Notes: generated by a model not told the origin, from the letters alone. Positions 1 to 9,574 are shown, numbered from the stretch's first letter. The stretch is 64,000 nt of DNA from Dysgonomonas sp. (GCA_032477155.1 JAWDXK010000021.1:272-64271), one strand, 5' to 3'. Numbers and translations are program-made.

Positions 1-314
1 AACCGACCCCGGCGAAAATGGATATTTGGCTTGCCTACCTTTTGAACGAGGAAGAAGAAAAAAAGGCATACGCACAAAAGTACATAGACGAGGAAACAGC
101 GTTTCGGGCAGAACTGGCGCAATTAGGCGATACCGTCAAATGGTATAGCGAAAATCAGGGGCATATCGTAATGAATAATCTTGTTTTTGACTTTACGATA
201 GAGGCGTGCTACATAAACAAGACGGTAAAATTAGACCGTAGCTACGATTTAGGGCTTTCGGGCTTTCTCCAAATGGCAGATAACAAATACCGACCCACCA
301 AACCACTTAAATAA
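1..314 (+). CDS. Hypothetical ICE protein, probably 5'-truncated by window edge
   Basis: The frame of ORF 18..314 stays open back to the window start (PTPAK-MDIW...). It ends 29 nt before parB. Confidence 0.6.
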   Translation, partial: PTPAKMDIWLAYLLNEEEEKKAYAQKYIDEETAFRAELAQLGDTVKWYSENQGHIVMNNLVFDFTIEACYINKTVKLDRSYDLGLSGFLQMADNKYRPTKPLK

Positions 315-343
315 CATTTTTTAATCACCTAATAATTAAAGTT

Positions 344-2365
344 ATGACAACGAAAAAGAACAACAACGGCACAGCCGTAGCAGTACAGGAAAACAGCAAC
401 AGCGAGGTATTAACCGCAGTAGTGGTAAGCACCCCCGATAACGGCACGAAGAAAGCCGTAAATCTCGCCTCCGACCTTATCGAGCCGAGCGATTACAACG
501 CCCGAAAGTCTTTCGACCCCGATGCGCTCCGGGAACTGGCGCAAAATATCTCCGTTCACGGGTTGATACAGCCCATTACGGTAAGGCGCACCGAGGGCAA
601 AGGCGGCAGGGAGCATTACGAAATCATTTGCGGGGAACGCCGTTTTAGGGCTTGTCGTCTGCTTAACCTCGCAGAAATCCCCTGCATAGTCCGGGAGGCG
701 ACCGATGACCAGGCGTATGACCTTTCAATCTCCGAGAACCTGCAAAGGGAGGATGTGCCACCAATGCAGGCGGCAGAGGCTTACAAACGCCTTATCGACA
801 CAAAGCGGTACGATGTGCCGAGCCTCGCCCTGCAATTCGGCAAGAGCGAAAAGAGCATTTACCAAATGTTGAAACTCTGCGACCTCATCCCCGGTGTCGC
901 CGACCTCGTAAGAGCGGGAAAACTGACCGCATCGGCGGGGATAGTCGTAAGCAAGTACGACAAGAAAATGCAGGGGGAAATTTTGAAAGACCGTTTAGGC
1001 GAGGACGGACGGGGCGAATGGTGTCATATCTCCGCCGGAGCGTTGGAGGGCAAAATACAGTCCTGTTATACCAACAACCTCGAAAACTACCTTTTCGATA
1101 AAACCGCCTGTCTGAAATGCGCCCATAACTCTACAAATTTCGACCTCTTCGCCGAGTGTGGCGGGTGCGGTAGGTGTACGAACAAAAAATGCCTGTCCGA
1201 CAAACAGACGGCGTACCTCGTTTCAGAGGCGCAAGCGGTAGCCCTTGCCGACCCGAAAATGGTATTTATCGGCGACCAATACAGTTACGACAACGAGGCG
1301 ACCAAGATAATCAAAAAGGGCGGGTACGAGTTTAAGAACGTACAGACATACAACCTTAAAACCTATCCGACCGCCCCGACCGCTCCGCAAGCTACCGACT
1401 ATAAAAAGCCGGAGGACTTCGAGAAAGCACAGGCGCAGTATGATAAGGCACAGGAAAGGTACGCCAAGCAGACTGCCGAACTCGACACGCTCAAAGAACA
1501 GGGCAAAATCCGTGTCTATGCCAAGATAGGCGATAACAGCGTAAAACTACATTACAAGGACGTAGCGACCAAAGACACCAAGAGCAACGAGCAGTTAATT
1601 TCCGAACTGACCGCCAAGAAAGAACGTAACGAGGAACTGAAAGCGGAAAAGACCGCCGAGGGCTTGAAAGAACTTTTGCGGACGGAAGATATACCGCAGT
1701 CGGCATTTACCGCAGACGAAGAAACGGCAATGTATTTCTTTATGCTTTCCAAGTTGCGCCGTAGCCACTATCCGGCGGTAGGGCTGAAAGAAAACGACTA
1801 TTACGGTTTGACGGACGAGAAGAAACTGAAAATCGCAAAATCGCTCACAGAGGAACAGAAAACCGTTATCCGGCGCGACTACCTGTATAGCCACCTTACC
1901 GACCGCACCAATACCGTAGCCGACATTAAAGGCGGTATGTTACAGGCGTTCGCCAGTCAGCACCTACCCGAAAAAACGGCGGGTATCATAACCGCACAAG
2001 CGGAGGAATACGGCAAGAAAAATGCCCGACTGGATGAACGTATTGCAGGGCTGAAAAAGGCCGAAAAGAAAGCGAAAGCCGATGCCAAAGCGAAAAAGGC
2101 AGAGCAGACCGCCGAGGCAGGGAAACCCGCTAAAACGAACGAAAAACCGGGCAACGAGAGCAAGAAAGCGACAACGCCGACCGCTCCCAAGACCAAGCCC
2201 GAAAGCCCGGCAAAGGAACAGCCCAAAGTTACCGTAACCGCCAAGACCGGGAGCAAGACGGAGGAAAAGCCGACAGTTAAGGTAAAAGAGCAAACCCCAC
2301 AGATTGCCACCATACCCGCCAACCCTGTAAAGCCTCAAAGCACGGCGGTAGCGGTAGTCGGATAA
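344..2365 (+). CDS. ParB/RepB/Spo0J-family protein with Cys cluster and long charged C-terminal tail
   Basis: ParB motifs NARKSFD, GLIQPITVR, ICGERRFRA, ISENLQRED, then an HTH region. CLKC..CGGCGRCTNKKC cluster; K/P/T/E-rich tail. Confidence 0.9.
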   Translation: MTTKKNNNGTAVAVQENSNSEVLTAVVVSTPDNGTKKAVNLASDLIEPSDYNARKSFDPDALRELAQNISVHGLIQPITVRRTEGKGGREHYEIICGERRFRACRLLNLAEIPCIVREATDDQAYDLSISENLQREDVPPMQAAEAYKRLIDTKRYDVPSLALQFGKSEKSIYQMLKLCDLIPGVADLVRAGKLTASAGIVVSKYDKKMQGEILKDRLGEDGRGEWCHISAGALEGKIQSCYTNNLENYLFDKTACLKCAHNSTNFDLFAECGGCGRCTNKKCLSDKQTAYLVSEAQAVALADPKMVFIGDQYSYDNEATKIIKKGGYEFKNVQTYNLKTYPTAPTAPQATDYKKPEDFEKAQAQYDKAQERYAKQTAELDTLKEQGKIRVYAKIGDNSVKLHYKDVATKDTKSNEQLISELTAKKERNEELKAEKTAEGLKELLRTEDIPQSAFTADEETAMYFFMLSKLRRSHYPAVGLKENDYYGLTDEKKLKIAKSLTEEQKTVIRRDYLYSHLTDRTNTVADIKGGMLQAFASQHLPEKTAGIITAQAEEYGKKNARLDERIAGLKKAEKKAKADAKAKKAEQTAEAGKPAKTNEKPGNESKKATTPTAPKTKPESPAKEQPKVTVTAKTGSKTEEKPTVKVKEQTPQIATIPANPVKPQSTAVAVVG

Positions 2366-2419
2366 ATCACAGAATTATTAACCGGGGCGGGAAAACTCCC
2401 GCCCCTTATAAAATTCATT

Positions 2420-2599
2420 ATGACAGTATTTGTATTGTTTCAGACAGACATATATAAGACAAGGGCAAGCCGTGTATTTTTCGGCGTGTTCACGTCCGAG
2501 GCGAAAGCGGTGGATCACGCCAAAGAAAACGGCCTATATACCCATAATGCCGAGGTAGTAATAATAGAGTGTGAAACGGATAAATTCGGCGAGGTATGA
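2420..2599 (+). CDS. Small hypothetical protein (59 aa), not in ORF track
   Basis: Read manually: MTVFVLFQTDIYKTRASRVFFGVFTSEAKAVDHAKENGLYTHNAEVVIIECETDKFGEV. A/T-rich start region; the stop overlaps the next start (ATGA). Confidence 0.75.
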   Translation: MTVFVLFQTDIYKTRASRVFFGVFTSEAKAVDHAKENGLYTHNAEVVIIECETDKFGEV

Positions 2600-2823
2600 G
2601 GATAGACGCATATATCGGAAATCCTGTTATTGCCACCCAGCAGGATTATTACGACCTGGAGGAACTTTTGCACGAGATAGACCCGCAGTGTAATTCGATA
2701 CAACTTCGGCAGGAGGTTGTTATCATTGAAAATATCGCCCGTAGGACGTTCAAATACCCCCGCAATCCCTCGATTGAGTGGGTGGCTGGAAGGCTACGGC
2801 ACATGGTCGAAAACGGGCTGTAA
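2596..2823 (+). CDS. Small hypothetical protein (75 aa)
   Basis: ATGA-coupled to the upstream ORF and followed by a GC hairpin. Confidence 0.65.
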   Translation: MRIDAYIGNPVIATQQDYYDLEELLHEIDPQCNSIQLRQEVVIIENIARRTFKYPRNPSIEWVAGRLRHMVENGL

Positions 2824-2878
2824 ATGCCCTTTATATCTATATTCTAAAGGCGGGAACGGGTGCGGGAAATCCGCGCCC

Positions 2879-3007
2879 GCTTCTTTTTCCATGAGCAACA
2901 ACGCAGGGCTTTAATGCGGAGAAAAAGAAGCAAAAAGCCGGATAATTACTTTTTCCATGAGCAAACTAAAAAGGAGGCGGGAGAAAAAGTAACAAAAAGC
3001 CCCATAA
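2879..3007. repeat. Two imperfect ~67-nt tandem units, each an inverted repeat
   Basis: ctttttccatgagcaa occurs twice. Arms are gcttctttttc/gaaaaagaagc (2879-2889/2921-2931) and ttactttttc/gaaaaagtaa (2946-2955/2983-2992). Confidence 0.75.
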
Positions 3008-3037
3008 CAGGCGGCGTCAGCTATTCGCCCGTGCATA

Positions 3038-3066
3038 AAAAATCCGGCTCACAAGGCCGGATTTTT
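3038..3066. terminator. Probable bidirectional intrinsic terminator
   Basis: aaaaatccggc-tcacaag-gccggattttt between convergent gene blocks. Confidence 0.7.
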
Positions 3067-3071
3067 CATTG

Positions 3072-3524
3072 TTACCCAATTTGTTGGTTTATTTCTTTCT
3101 TGAACCGTAGCGGATCGGCGATAAACGGAAATGAACTCGTAGCGCCCCCGGTGGTAACGGTAATTGTCCCGAAGTTAAAAATTCTGCCCAAAACACTTTG
3201 TTTTATTTGCAAGCCCTCGCATTTCGCCAGCACCAAATCGACCGCTTTACGGCTGATTACACCTGTTTTAAGTATTACCCGTTTGTTGGTAACGGCATAA
3301 GCCGAGCCTATTTTTACGAGTAGCCTTTGCACAAGCGACACCAACCCGAAAAATAAAATTAACAACCCCGCATAGTGGGTCATGGCTGATATTTCTTTAG
3401 GACTTGATGCCAGGAAAGCACCGATAAGCAGCAGTATAATCGGCTGCATGAATAGGAAGAAATGTAGCTTTGCAGCGTATTTTATTTCTTCTCCGGGTTG
3501 TAGATTTGCTTCGATATAGTTCAT
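3072..3524 (-). CDS. Bacterial PH (bPH_2)-domain membrane protein
   Basis: Two TM helices, then YAVTNKRVILKTGVISR...QSVLGRIFNFGTITVTTGG, typical of bPH_2. Confidence 0.8.
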   Translation of the reverse strand: MNYIEANLQPGEEIKYAAKLHFFLFMQPIILLLIGAFLASSPKEISAMTHYAGLLILFFGLVSLVQRLLVKIGSAYAVTNKRVILKTGVISRKAVDLVLAKCEGLQIKQSVLGRIFNFGTITVTTGGATSSFPFIADPLRFKKEINQQIG

Positions 3525-3590
3525 AATGACCTGATTTTTATTTAAGAACGCCTGTAAATATACATATTTCCAGGACAGTACAAAGAATAA

Positions 3591-4169
3591 TCATTTGTTT
3601 TTCATTACTTCAAATAGCAGGTAGCACCATTCAGCCGGGTTCAGGTAGCGTTTGCCTTTCCTTACTTCATAATGTAAGTGGCTACCTGTGGCTATTCCTG
3701 TGCTACCGACACAAGCTATTGGAGTAGCAATCCCTACCTGATCGCCTATATTTACCGTCGTTCTGCTTAAATGCGCGTAAAACGAACGGAAACCGCCCGC
3801 GTGCTGAATTTCGATATAATTTCCATACCCGGAACAATAACCCTTCCTAACGACAACACCGCAGCCTGTGGCATAGACGGGCGTACCTTTCGTTTCTACA
3901 ATATCAATTCCTGTATGGAATTTTCGGCTTCTATATATCGGATGATAACGCATACCAAAACCCGATGAAATCCGGTAGGGCTTCCTGATCGGGAAAATTA
4001 CAGGATAGTCGCATAATTCGTCAATAAACATTTGCATTGAATCGGCAATACGCTGAAACTCTCCCGCAGAGTAAATCGTTTTCATATACTTTTCTATTTC
4101 CGGTTTTCTGCCTTGTCCCCATGCGGGCAAATGTAGCAGAACAATGAAAAACGCTATTATATATTTCAT
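3591..4169 (-). CDS. M23-family metallopeptidase (peptidoglycan hydrolase)
   Basis: HTGIDI (HxxxD), GYGNYIEIQH, YAHL and TGSHLHYEV (HxH) motifs. Signal-like N-terminus from MKYII at 4169. Confidence 0.9.
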   Translation of the reverse strand: MKYIIAFFIVLLHLPAWGQGRKPEIEKYMKTIYSAGEFQRIADSMQMFIDELCDYPVIFPIRKPYRISSGFGMRYHPIYRSRKFHTGIDIVETKGTPVYATGCGVVVRKGYCSGYGNYIEIQHAGGFRSFYAHLSRTTVNIGDQVGIATPIACVGSTGIATGSHLHYEVRKGKRYLNPAEWCYLLFEVMKNK

Positions 4170-4233
4170 ATTAACCTGTAAATACAGCAAGTACCCGGAT
4201 TATTTCGGGTACTTGCTTTTCCCATATCGTCAG

Positions 4234-4677
4234 CTATTCATCTTCCGTATCGTCTTTCCCGTCGTTCTGGAACGAGAACGACGCCGATACTACCTGCCCG
4301 TAATTATCCTGTATATATACGTCGATTACCTGCTGATCGACACAGTGCGCCGTGTAATATAACCGGAATACCATTCTATCGAGCGGGTAAAGGTCGTTCG
4401 GTGCAAATACCGTCCCGTCATCCATGCGAAGCTCTCCCTTACCGTCCGGCTGGAAATAGCGGATAAAATACCGCGCCTGGTCGTAATCCCCTTCCCGGAC
4501 TAACGTACAGCGTATTTCCGCCGTTTCGCCGTTTACTATCTTCTTTTGCACGGGCATCGTTTCCAGGCTGAAACTATATACCTGTTTTACATCCAGGTCG
4601 CTCTCACAGGCCACGCACATAAGGGCTATCGCGGCCACCCATACCGTAAGGGCTATTAATCTTCTAAACTTTCTCAT
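4234..4677 (-). CDS. traQ: Conjugative transposon lipoprotein TraQ (DUF3872)
   Basis: Lipobox VAC; ETMPVQKKI, YFIRYFQPDGKGEL, FRLYYT; last position in the tra cluster. Confidence 0.88.
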   Translation of the reverse strand: MRKFRRLIALTVWVAAIALMCVACESDLDVKQVYSFSLETMPVQKKIVNGETAEIRCTLVREGDYDQARYFIRYFQPDGKGELRMDDGTVFAPNDLYPLDRMVFRLYYTAHCVDQQVIDVYIQDNYGQVVSASFSFQNDGKDDTEDE

Positions 4678-4687
4678 AACATCGTTT

Positions 4688-5272
4688 TTAATTGATTATA
4701 AACTTTAGCCCGATACCGAATTGCGTATGAAAATGCCCCGTAGAGTTACCCCACAGCACCCGCTCCCGGCCTGTAAAAAGCAATACAACCCGGTCGGACA
4801 GGTAGGTTTCGATTTCCAGCGTTATCGCGCCACCTCCGATAAAAGCGTCCTTATCCCGGAGTGTCGAGCCGTCATATAGCGACTTTTCGCCCCAGTTTAC
4901 CGTTTCGTAGCCCACCAGCGCCGAGCCTCCCAAATTCAGGAAAAAGGTTTTTGAAGCGTCGGACAGGATTTTAAGGTAAAAACCGCCTTCCGCCGTAAAC
5001 TGCGAAACAGGTATGCGGATTTCCCGGTACGGGTAATGCCGTTGCATAAATTCCGCTCCGAACACCCATTTATTGCCGTTCTTCGCATATGTAGCCATAG
5101 CCGCCCCGAAGTAATATCCGGCTTCGTTATCCGGTTTGGATGAATAGATACCGTCCACCATGCCTCCCGTTACCTGTATGCCTCGCATACCGGGGAGGCA
5201 ACGCTGGGCGTATGATCCGTCCGGAAGGGCGAAGCATAACGCCAGCGTAAGTATGATTAATTTGCCTTTCAT
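4688..5272 (-). CDS. traO: Conjugative transposon protein TraO
   Basis: AQRCLPGMRGI N-terminus, QFTAEGG, GYETVNWG and beta-barrel-like C-terminus. Confidence 0.9.
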   Translation of the reverse strand: MKGKLIILTLALCFALPDGSYAQRCLPGMRGIQVTGGMVDGIYSSKPDNEAGYYFGAAMATYAKNGNKWVFGAEFMQRHYPYREIRIPVSQFTAEGGFYLKILSDASKTFFLNLGGSALVGYETVNWGEKSLYDGSTLRDKDAFIGGGAITLEIETYLSDRVVLLFTGRERVLWGNSTGHFHTQFGIGLKFIIN

Positions 5273-5274
5273 GG

Positions 5275-6228
5275 TTATTTTACCTTCAGTTCGTTAATAA
5301 CCTTTGCACGTACCAGGTCGGCGTTATCGACCGTGAACGACTGATGCCGCCCGCCTTCCTGTTCGTTGAGTTCCACGACCAGCATTTTATCGTCGGGTAT
5401 CGTAAATTTCGGCAGGGTAAATACCACCCGCTCGGTACGGTTACCACCTATTACGGTCAGGTTATTGTGAGCGCGGAGCGGCCAGATAACCTGCTCCTGG
5501 ATAGCAGTACGTTTGGCTACCTTCTTATCGACTATCTTAAAAGTGATATAATCGACATTAAAAGGAACGTGCGACGAGTTTTTAAGCTGGAGGTGGAAAT
5601 ACAGCAGCCCGTTATGGGTATAGATACCCTTTAGCGTGTACTGGACGCCGAAACGCTTGCTGCCGATATGCTTAATTTCCCGGCGGTCGTTCTTATAAAT
5701 TGACTGCATGATAAGTTTTACCAACAGCGGCGACTCCTGCCCTAATTCATTCATATATATTTCCAGGGCATTGTTTGGACGGTTTACCGCCTCGCCATTG
5801 TGCAGGAAGTCCACCATTTCGACGGACAGCTTTACAGGCTCGTCCGCATATTTGACGTTAAACGTATAGTATGCACCGTCCTCCGTTATGACAGCCAGGT
5901 TACTCTCGCGCGAAAAATCCCGCAGGGCGGCTTTTACCCGCAACACGTTTTCCGTACCGTCTGCCTTTGCCGCCAGGAGATCCGCACTACCTAAATCCAC
6001 GTAGCGGATTGCCGACGGGAAAATGACGTGTACGGTCTTGTTAAATGTTACCTCCAAAGCATAGGGCGGTATCATACGGTTAAAGGTCAGCGGGCGCGTG
6101 TAGCCCTGGAAATAATCGCCCGTCGAGGGGCTTGTAGTTACCGTTTCGTTTACGGTCGTTTCTGTTTCCTGCGCGTTGGCAGTCATTACACCCACCGCCA
6201 GGGCGAGTACCAAAAAGATTTTTTTCAT
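5275..6228 (-). CDS. traN: Conjugative transposon protein TraN
   Basis: KTVHVIFPSAIRYVDLGS, NVLRVKAA and GGRHQ motifs; synteny. Confidence 0.92.
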   Translation of the reverse strand: MKKIFLVLALAVGVMTANAQETETTVNETVTTSPSTGDYFQGYTRPLTFNRMIPPYALEVTFNKTVHVIFPSAIRYVDLGSADLLAAKADGTENVLRVKAALRDFSRESNLAVITEDGAYYTFNVKYADEPVKLSVEMVDFLHNGEAVNRPNNALEIYMNELGQESPLLVKLIMQSIYKNDRREIKHIGSKRFGVQYTLKGIYTHNGLLYFHLQLKNSSHVPFNVDYITFKIVDKKVAKRTAIQEQVIWPLRAHNNLTVIGGNRTERVVFTLPKFTIPDDKMLVVELNEQEGGRHQSFTVDNADLVRAKVINELKVK

Positions 6229-6271
6229 TGCTTGATAATTTTAATGGTCGCTACGGCGACACCGATTATTA

Positions 6272-7666
6272 TTAATTTGTTTTAGGCAGTAGTAAAAGAC
6301 CGTAATTCGCTTTTACGGTTACTTTAACCACGCTCATTTTTTTACTCACGTACTGGCTTGCTCCCTGGATAAGACTTTTCCCCATATCGGCGGCAAACTG
6401 CGACCCGGCATCGTCCGTTATCGTAATGCTCGACCCGGCGGACTGCGCCATTTGTGAAGCTATTTCTTTGGCCGCGTTTATTTCGTCGCTGCCTGGCACG
6501 GATATTCCGCGCTGGCCGTCCAGGTCATATACTTGCAGTTCGACCGGGATAATGTTGCCGGCATACTGTATCGAGTTTATTGTAACCTCCATTCTCTCGT
6601 TACCTATGCGGCAAGCACCGACAAGGATAGTATTTGCCGGGATGCGGATATTGCCCGCTATCATCGGCTCCAGTAACCGTATTTGCAGTTCCTTCCCGCT
6701 CGTTAGGGTAATGGTCTGATTGACACAGGCGCGGATACTGTTTTTATCCTTTATGCCTTCATTCCCGGCGGCAGTATGAAATCCCATGTTCCGGGGCTGG
6801 CTCCAGGCGGCGATAAACTCCGCATCTTCCATAGGGGCGGCCAGTAGCGATACGACGTTGTGATGCACCTGGCGCACGGGCTGGATAATTACCTTATCCC
6901 GCGACGTTGTGGCGGTAGCCGTTTCGTCCACCGTCTGTTGCACTCCCTGGGGCATATACTTTGCCGCCATTTGGTAGGATTTTTCCAATAGTGCCGTTTG
7001 TTCGTCCTGGGCGGCTTTCTCTGCCTCGGCCTGTTCCAGTCGGCGCTCCAATTCCTCTACCCTTGCTTCGACGGCAAGCTGCGCCCCGTCGTCCACCGTA
7101 GCCTGTTCTTCATACCACGATCCTAATTGTTTATTTATGTCCTGATAAGCGGCTGCGGAGGACTGGATAGAGTTACCCCGCGTCCGGGAGGAATTACCCC
7201 CGGACAGTTCCGGGTTTTCGTAATACTCCGGTGGTTCGGGAGCAAGGCGTAGCTGGCCTTCGTTCTGTTCTTCGGTTTGCTCGAACATGGTGGAAAAATC
7301 CTGCAAACTCCGCATTTTATCCTGTTCCCGTTGGCGCATGGCTTCCTGTTCGTAGGCTGTCCGCTTGTCCGTATATATACCTTCGTCTTTGGGCGTCGGT
7401 ATCTCCGAATTAAAGCCGTCCTGACCTGCGGCCTCGTCGCCTTCCTTTTTCGACGGGGCGAAGATCAGCCACATTGCCCCTGCAAACAGCAGGAAGAAAA
7501 GAGGCATTACAAGCATTTTCCGGCGTTTCTGCATTTGGGCGGGCGTCAGTTCCTTTTTGCCCGATGCCGACTTCGGAGGCTCCTTTTTAACCTCCTGCTT
7601 AACTTCGGGCGCGGGCGCCTGGGGCGTCTGCTGTCCCTCGTTATTCTTCTGTTCGCTCATATTCAT
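6272..7666 (-). CDS. traM: Conjugative transposon protein TraM
   Basis: N-terminal TM, coiled coil, IRLLEPM and VYDLDGQRGISVPGS; synteny. Confidence 0.92.
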   Translation of the reverse strand: MNMSEQKNNEGQQTPQAPAPEVKQEVKKEPPKSASGKKELTPAQMQKRRKMLVMPLFFLLFAGAMWLIFAPSKKEGDEAAGQDGFNSEIPTPKDEGIYTDKRTAYEQEAMRQREQDKMRSLQDFSTMFEQTEEQNEGQLRLAPEPPEYYENPELSGGNSSRTRGNSIQSSAAAYQDINKQLGSWYEEQATVDDGAQLAVEARVEELERRLEQAEAEKAAQDEQTALLEKSYQMAAKYMPQGVQQTVDETATATTSRDKVIIQPVRQVHHNVVSLLAAPMEDAEFIAAWSQPRNMGFHTAAGNEGIKDKNSIRACVNQTITLTSGKELQIRLLEPMIAGNIRIPANTILVGACRIGNERMEVTINSIQYAGNIIPVELQVYDLDGQRGISVPGSDEINAAKEIASQMAQSAGSSITITDDAGSQFAADMGKSLIQGASQYVSKKMSVVKVTVKANYGLLLLPKTN

Positions 7667-7928
7667 ATAAATTTTGTTGTTTAATACTGTCCCTTTGTTG
7701 CTCCAGTTGGAGTTTAAGGGTTTCTATCTGCTCTATCTGCATCCGTTCGCCCTTATCCTTACCGAAATAGTAAATCGAGGAAACGGTCATGTAGATAGAG
7801 AGGCCACCGAACACGACCAGCATAGTGAGGATTACGATTACCCTTTTATCGGGCGTTATCCTGCCGCAGATACTCCGCAGGAAGTCCTCTATATGCTCGC
7901 CAATATTCTTAAAAAATTTCTTTGCCAT
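7641..7928 (-). CDS. traL: TraL-family small membrane protein
   Basis: CGRITPDKRVIVILTM with a single TM, between traK and traM. Confidence 0.8.
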   Translation of the reverse strand: MAKKFFKNIGEHIEDFLRSICGRITPDKRVIVILTMLVVFGGLSIYMTVSSIYYFGKDKGERMQIEQIETLKLQLEQQRDSIKQQNLYEYERTEE

Positions 7929-7932
7929 AATT

Positions 7933-8556
7933 TTACCTTTCTGTTACCCGGATGTCCCGGTTTTCCACGATCTCGAAACGCTCCATAGTGAAACCGTGAG
8001 GGTTATTGTCGCTTCGCACAGAATTAATCAAATTACAGCGCGTTACCAGGCTGCGCTCGGTAACATTGGACTGGCGGATAATCATTTGCCGGGCGTATGT
8101 TACCGCCGTGTACGGGTACACATCCAGGTTGCAGGCGATACTATCCACCTGGATAATCTGATTGATATTCCCCGATATAATCCTGTTGTAATATCCCTTC
8201 TCGGCCATATCCTGATAGTATTTGAAAGCACTTTTATCCACCAGGAACAAAGCCCGGTTTACGTTGCTTTCAATGGCCGACTTATCGGGCGAGAGAGTGA
8301 AAAACAGCTCATGGAAGCGGCGGACGTGTTCGCGTGCCTCCACAGGGCGGTTTTGTGTCATATCCTGGGAAAGCGCAAGCATTAAACTTTTGCCCCCGTC
8401 CATTACATAAATACGCTGGCGTTGTGCCTCGGCGAAGCTGTACGACGACCATACGGAATAACCCGTAATGCCAGCGCACAACACCAGGAACACAATACCG
8501 AAAAGGCGTATCTGCTTAAATGATGTTTCTATATTCTTTAATGATTTGAACTCCAT
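7933..8556 (-). CDS. traK: Conjugative transposon protein TraK
   Basis: MEFKSLKNIETSFKQIR, FHELFFTLSPD, RSDNNPHGF. Confidence 0.95.
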   Translation of the reverse strand: MEFKSLKNIETSFKQIRLFGIVFLVLCAGITGYSVWSSYSFAEAQRQRIYVMDGGKSLMLALSQDMTQNRPVEAREHVRRFHELFFTLSPDKSAIESNVNRALFLVDKSAFKYYQDMAEKGYYNRIISGNINQIIQVDSIACNLDVYPYTAVTYARQMIIRQSNVTERSLVTRCNLINSVRSDNNPHGFTMERFEIVENRDIRVTER

Positions 8557-8569
8557 TGTTTTACTTGTT

Positions 8570-9571
8570 TTACTTTTTACCTAATAAGCGTCCTGATATA
8601 TTGCCCGCAGCGGCTCCGGCAACACCTCCGGCCATTGCAGCCCCTTTGCCTGCCGCCGTATTTACTCCGCGCGTACCCGTACCGCCTCCGGCCTGGATGA
8701 TCCAGCCCGCAACCGTCGGGATTGAGAAATAGCCGATAATTCCTATTATCAGGAAGATTATATACACGCCATTTCCGCCGTCAGGCACATAGGACGGGTC
8801 TTTGAGTAAGGCAATATCCGCTTTGAGCATAAGCGCCTGTATTTTGGAAAGCACAGCCGAAAACAGATCGGCAACGGGTAGCCATAAATACACGCTGATA
8901 TACCGGGAAATCCAGTTTGTAAGTGTGGATTGGAAACCGTCGTAAATCGACAGGGCAAATGCCAGCGGCCCCAATATTGACAGCACTACCAAAAAGAAAG
9001 TACGCAGTGTGTCAATAGTAAGGGCAGCGGCATTAAACAGTAACTCGAAGAAATCCCGAACTAACTGCCTGAACCACATCTTTATATCGTACCAAAGCCT
9101 TTCGCCCCACATACCGATAATCTCCGGCGTATCCCATATTCCTAAATCCTTCATCTTTTGGTCGTACACCTCATCATCGACAAGCCATGCCTTTCCCTCG
9201 CGTACCCGCGCATCGTATTCCAGTTGGTCTTTTTCCGCCTGTAAACTCTGTACGTCTGTTATCTGACTTTCCAAAATGCTGTGCGTGCCTTTCACAACGG
9301 GCGACATAACGGCATTGATAGTCCCCAGCACGATAGTCGGGAAGAACATAATGCAAAGCCCGATAGCGAAAGGCCGCAGGAGCGGGAACACGTCGATAGG
9401 CTCCGCCCGCGAGAGGGCTTGCCAAACACGGTACGCCACATAGAACAGCGCACCCAATCCTGCCACCCCTTTGGCGACACCTATCATGTCGCCGCAAAGG
9501 GGCATCATTTCCTGATACAAATTCCGTAGAACTTGATGCAGGTTATCGAAATCTATTGCTAATAAAGTCAT
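8570..9571 (-). CDS. traJ: Conjugative transposon protein TraJ (VirB6-like)
   Basis: FDNLHQVLRNLY, AEPIDVFPLLRPF, RTFFLVVLSILGP, YLWLPV; multiple TM helices. Confidence 0.95.
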   Translation of the reverse strand: MTLLAIDFDNLHQVLRNLYQEMMPLCGDMIGVAKGVAGLGALFYVAYRVWQALSRAEPIDVFPLLRPFAIGLCIMFFPTIVLGTINAVMSPVVKGTHSILESQITDVQSLQAEKDQLEYDARVREGKAWLVDDEVYDQKMKDLGIWDTPEIIGMWGERLWYDIKMWFRQLVRDFFELLFNAAALTIDTLRTFFLVVLSILGPLAFALSIYDGFQSTLTNWISRYISVYLWLPVADLFSAVLSKIQALMLKADIALLKDPSYVPDGGNGVYIIFLIIGIIGYFSIPTVAGWIIQAGGGTGTRGVNTAAGKGAAMAGGVAGAAAGNISGRLLGKK

Positions 9572-9574
9572 GGC

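Noticed and set aside
2050..2365. Repetitive K/P/T/E-rich ParB tail as a possible repeat array
   Set aside because: Coding low-complexity linker with no discrete nucleotide repeat unit.
2860..3300. 146-aa plus-strand ORF
   Set aside because: Runs through hairpin repeats and a terminator and overlaps the bPH_2 gene antisense. No recognisable protein features.
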